A DNA stretch of 64,000 bases from the human T2T-CHM13v2.0 reference genome, Homo sapiens: NCBI RefSeq assembly GCF_009914755.1, contig NC_060947.1. One strand, given 5' to 3'. Every line of letters begins with the position of its first letter. Within the stretch, counting starts at the first letter, position 1. The notes beneath the pieces are model-generated. The model did not search any database. It was not told the origin of the DNA and saw nothing but the letters and a program-made list of their open reading frames with translations. Both the position numbers and the translations under genes were made by a program. Below, in pieces: positions 62,301 to 64,000 of this stretch.

Positions 62301-64000
62301 TTCTGAGAATGCTTCTATCTAGTTTTTATGTGAAGATATTTCCTTTTCCACCACAGGCCTCAAAGCCCTCCAAACGTCCACTTGCAGATTCTCGAAAAAG
62401 AGTGTTTCATAGCTGCTCTTTCAAAAGGAAAGTTCAACTCTGGGAGTTGAATACAAACATCACAAAGTAGTTTCCGAGAATGCTTCTGTTTAGTTTTTAT
62501 GTGAAGATGATCCCTTTTCCAGTGAAATCTTCAAAGAGGTCCACATATCCCCTTGCAGATTCCAAAGAAAGAGGGTTTCAAAACTGCTCCATCAAAAGGA
62601 TTGTTCAACTCTGTGAGTTGAATGCAGTCATCGCAGAAAACTTTCTGAGAATGCTTCTGTCTAGGTTTGATGTGAAGATATAGACGTTTCAAACGAAGGC
62701 TACAAAGTGGTCAAAATATACACTTGCAGATTCTACTACAAGGGTGTTGCAAACCTGAACTATCAAAGGAAGGTTCAACTCTGTGGGTTGAATACAAACA
62801 TTGCAAAGAATGTTCTGAGTTTGCTTCCGTTCAGTTATGGGAAGTTGATCCCGTTCCCAACGAAATCCTCAGAGAGGTCCAAATATCCCCTTGCAGATTC
62901 TACAAAACGTGTGTTTGGAAACTGCTCCATCATAACGAATGTTCAGCTCTCTGAGTTAAACTCCATCGTCACAAAGAATTTTTTGAGAGTGCTACCGTCT
63001 AGGTTTTATATGAAGTTCTTTCCTTTACTACCACAGGCCTCAAAGCGGTCCAAATCTCCACTTGCAGATCCTACAAAAAGAGTGTCTGCAAACTGCTCTA
63101 TCAAAAGGAATGTTCAACTCTGGGAGTTGAATGCAATCATCACAGAGCAGTTTCTGAGAATGCTTCTATGTCGTTTTTAGGAGAAGATATTTCCTTTTCC
63201 AACACAGTCCTCCAAGCCCGCTAAATATCCACTTACACATTGTAGAAAAAGTGTGTCGAAGCTGCGCTATCAAAGGGAAAGTTCAACTCTGTGAGGTGAA
63301 TGCAAACATCCCAAAGAAGTTTCTGAGAATGCTTCCGTTTAGCTTTTAGATGAAGATTATCCCGTTTGCAACGAAATCTTCAAAGAGGTCCAAATATCCC
63401 CTTGCGGATCCCACAGAAAGAGTGTTTCGAAACTGCTGTTTCAAAAGGAATCTTCAACTCTGTGAGTTGAATGCAATCATCACAAAGAAGTTTCTGACAA
63501 TGCTTCTCTCTCGTCTTTCTGTGAAGATAAAGGAAAAGGCTTTCAGGCCTTTTCCACCACAGGCCTGAAAGCGCTCCAAATGTCCACTTGCAGATTCTGC
63601 CAAAAGAATATTGCAAAACTGCTCTATGAAAAGCAATGTTAAACTCTGCGGCTCGAACACAAACATCACAAAGCAGTTTCTGAGAATGCTTCAGTTTAGT
63701 TTTTCTGTGGAAATATTCCCGTTTCCAAAGAAATCTTCAAAGAGGTCCACGTATCCACTTACAGATTCTACAAAAAGACAGTTTCAAAACTGCTCCATCA
63801 AAAGCAGGGTTCAACTGTGTGACTTGAATGCAATCATCACTCAGAACTTTCTGAGAATGCTTCTCTTTAGTTTTTACGTGAACATATACCCGTTTCGAAC
63901 GAAGGCCACCCAGTGGTCCAAATATCCACTTGCAGATTCTACAGAAAGAGTGTTTCGAACCTGAACTCTCAAAGGCAGGTTCATCTCTGCGAGTTAAATG

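Larger units (their letters stand above)
1..64000 (-). repeat. DXZ1: Alpha-satellite higher-order repeat array, about 31.1 tandem copies of a 2057-bp 12-mer HOR; matches human X centromere DXZ1
   Basis: ~171-bp monomers with alpha-satellite motifs (cacttgcagattctacaaaaagagtgtttc, gttcaactctgtgagttgaatgcaatcatcacaaag, tttctgagaatgcttc). Equivalent positions recur at 1657, 3714, 5771, 7828 ... 63350, spaced 2055-2057 bp. One BamHI site (GGATCC 1713-1718) and one PstI site (CTGCAG 347-352) per unit. A ~2.0-kb BamHI 12-mer is the established DXZ1 unit. Strand is assigned by CENP-B box orientation. Confidence 0.97.

Noticed and set aside
44-63964. All ORFs in the six-frame track (63-157 aa) as protein-coding genes
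   Set aside because: They recur every 2057 bp, are internally repetitive at 57 aa (171 bp), mostly start at GTG/TTG, overlap on both strands, gain and lose stops and frameshifts freely, and resemble no protein family I recognise. They are translations of alpha satellite.
1-64000. CRISPR-like array (conserved short motifs separated by variable sequence)
   Set aside because: The apparent spacers are homologous to each other and repeat exactly every 12 monomers. There are no unique spacers and no cas genes.
1-64000. Transposon insertion (L1/Alu), inversion or HOR with altered monomer number
   Set aside because: All 30 inter-unit distances are 2055-2057 bp with constant orientation, leaving no room for insertions or monomer-scale deletions.
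1-64000. Assignment to other SF3 arrays (D17Z1 16-mer, D11Z1 5-mer, D1Z5 11-mer)
   Set aside because: The period is 12 monomers/2057 bp with a 186-bp monomer and a single BamHI site, which fits DXZ1 and not those arrays.
1-64000. Calling this window the active kinetochore (CENP-A / hypomethylated dip) site
   Set aside because: Kinetochore position is epigenetic and cannot be read from sequence alone.

Overview
The whole 64 kb window is primate centromeric alpha-satellite DNA: an uninterrupted, single-orientation tandem array of about 31.1 copies of a 2057-bp, 12-monomer higher-order repeat (HOR). Unit length, one BamHI and one PstI site per unit, the pentamer-based monomer order and one 186-bp monomer match human X-chromosome DXZ1 (suprachromosomal family 3). 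CENP-B boxes read on the minus strand. I see no genes, transposons, inversions or monomer-number HOR variants, and every ORF in the track is a by-product of the repeat. I did not find a new gene system. The information is in variant patterns read by eye: (1) a triplicated 4/5/5-HOR block at about 8.5-37.3 kb with a crossover mappable to 38 bp and a short apparent gene-conversion patch; (2) two 2-HOR duplications of different ages; (3) the same CENP-B-box-disrupting T>C change in two paralogous monomers, giving a CENP-B-poor zone from about 38 kb; (4) an insertion in the 186-bp monomer made of inverted copies of flanking sequence, allowing two competing hairpins in each HOR; (5) rare variants shared by HORs 45-60 kb apart. 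All counts are manual and should be confirmed by alignment.
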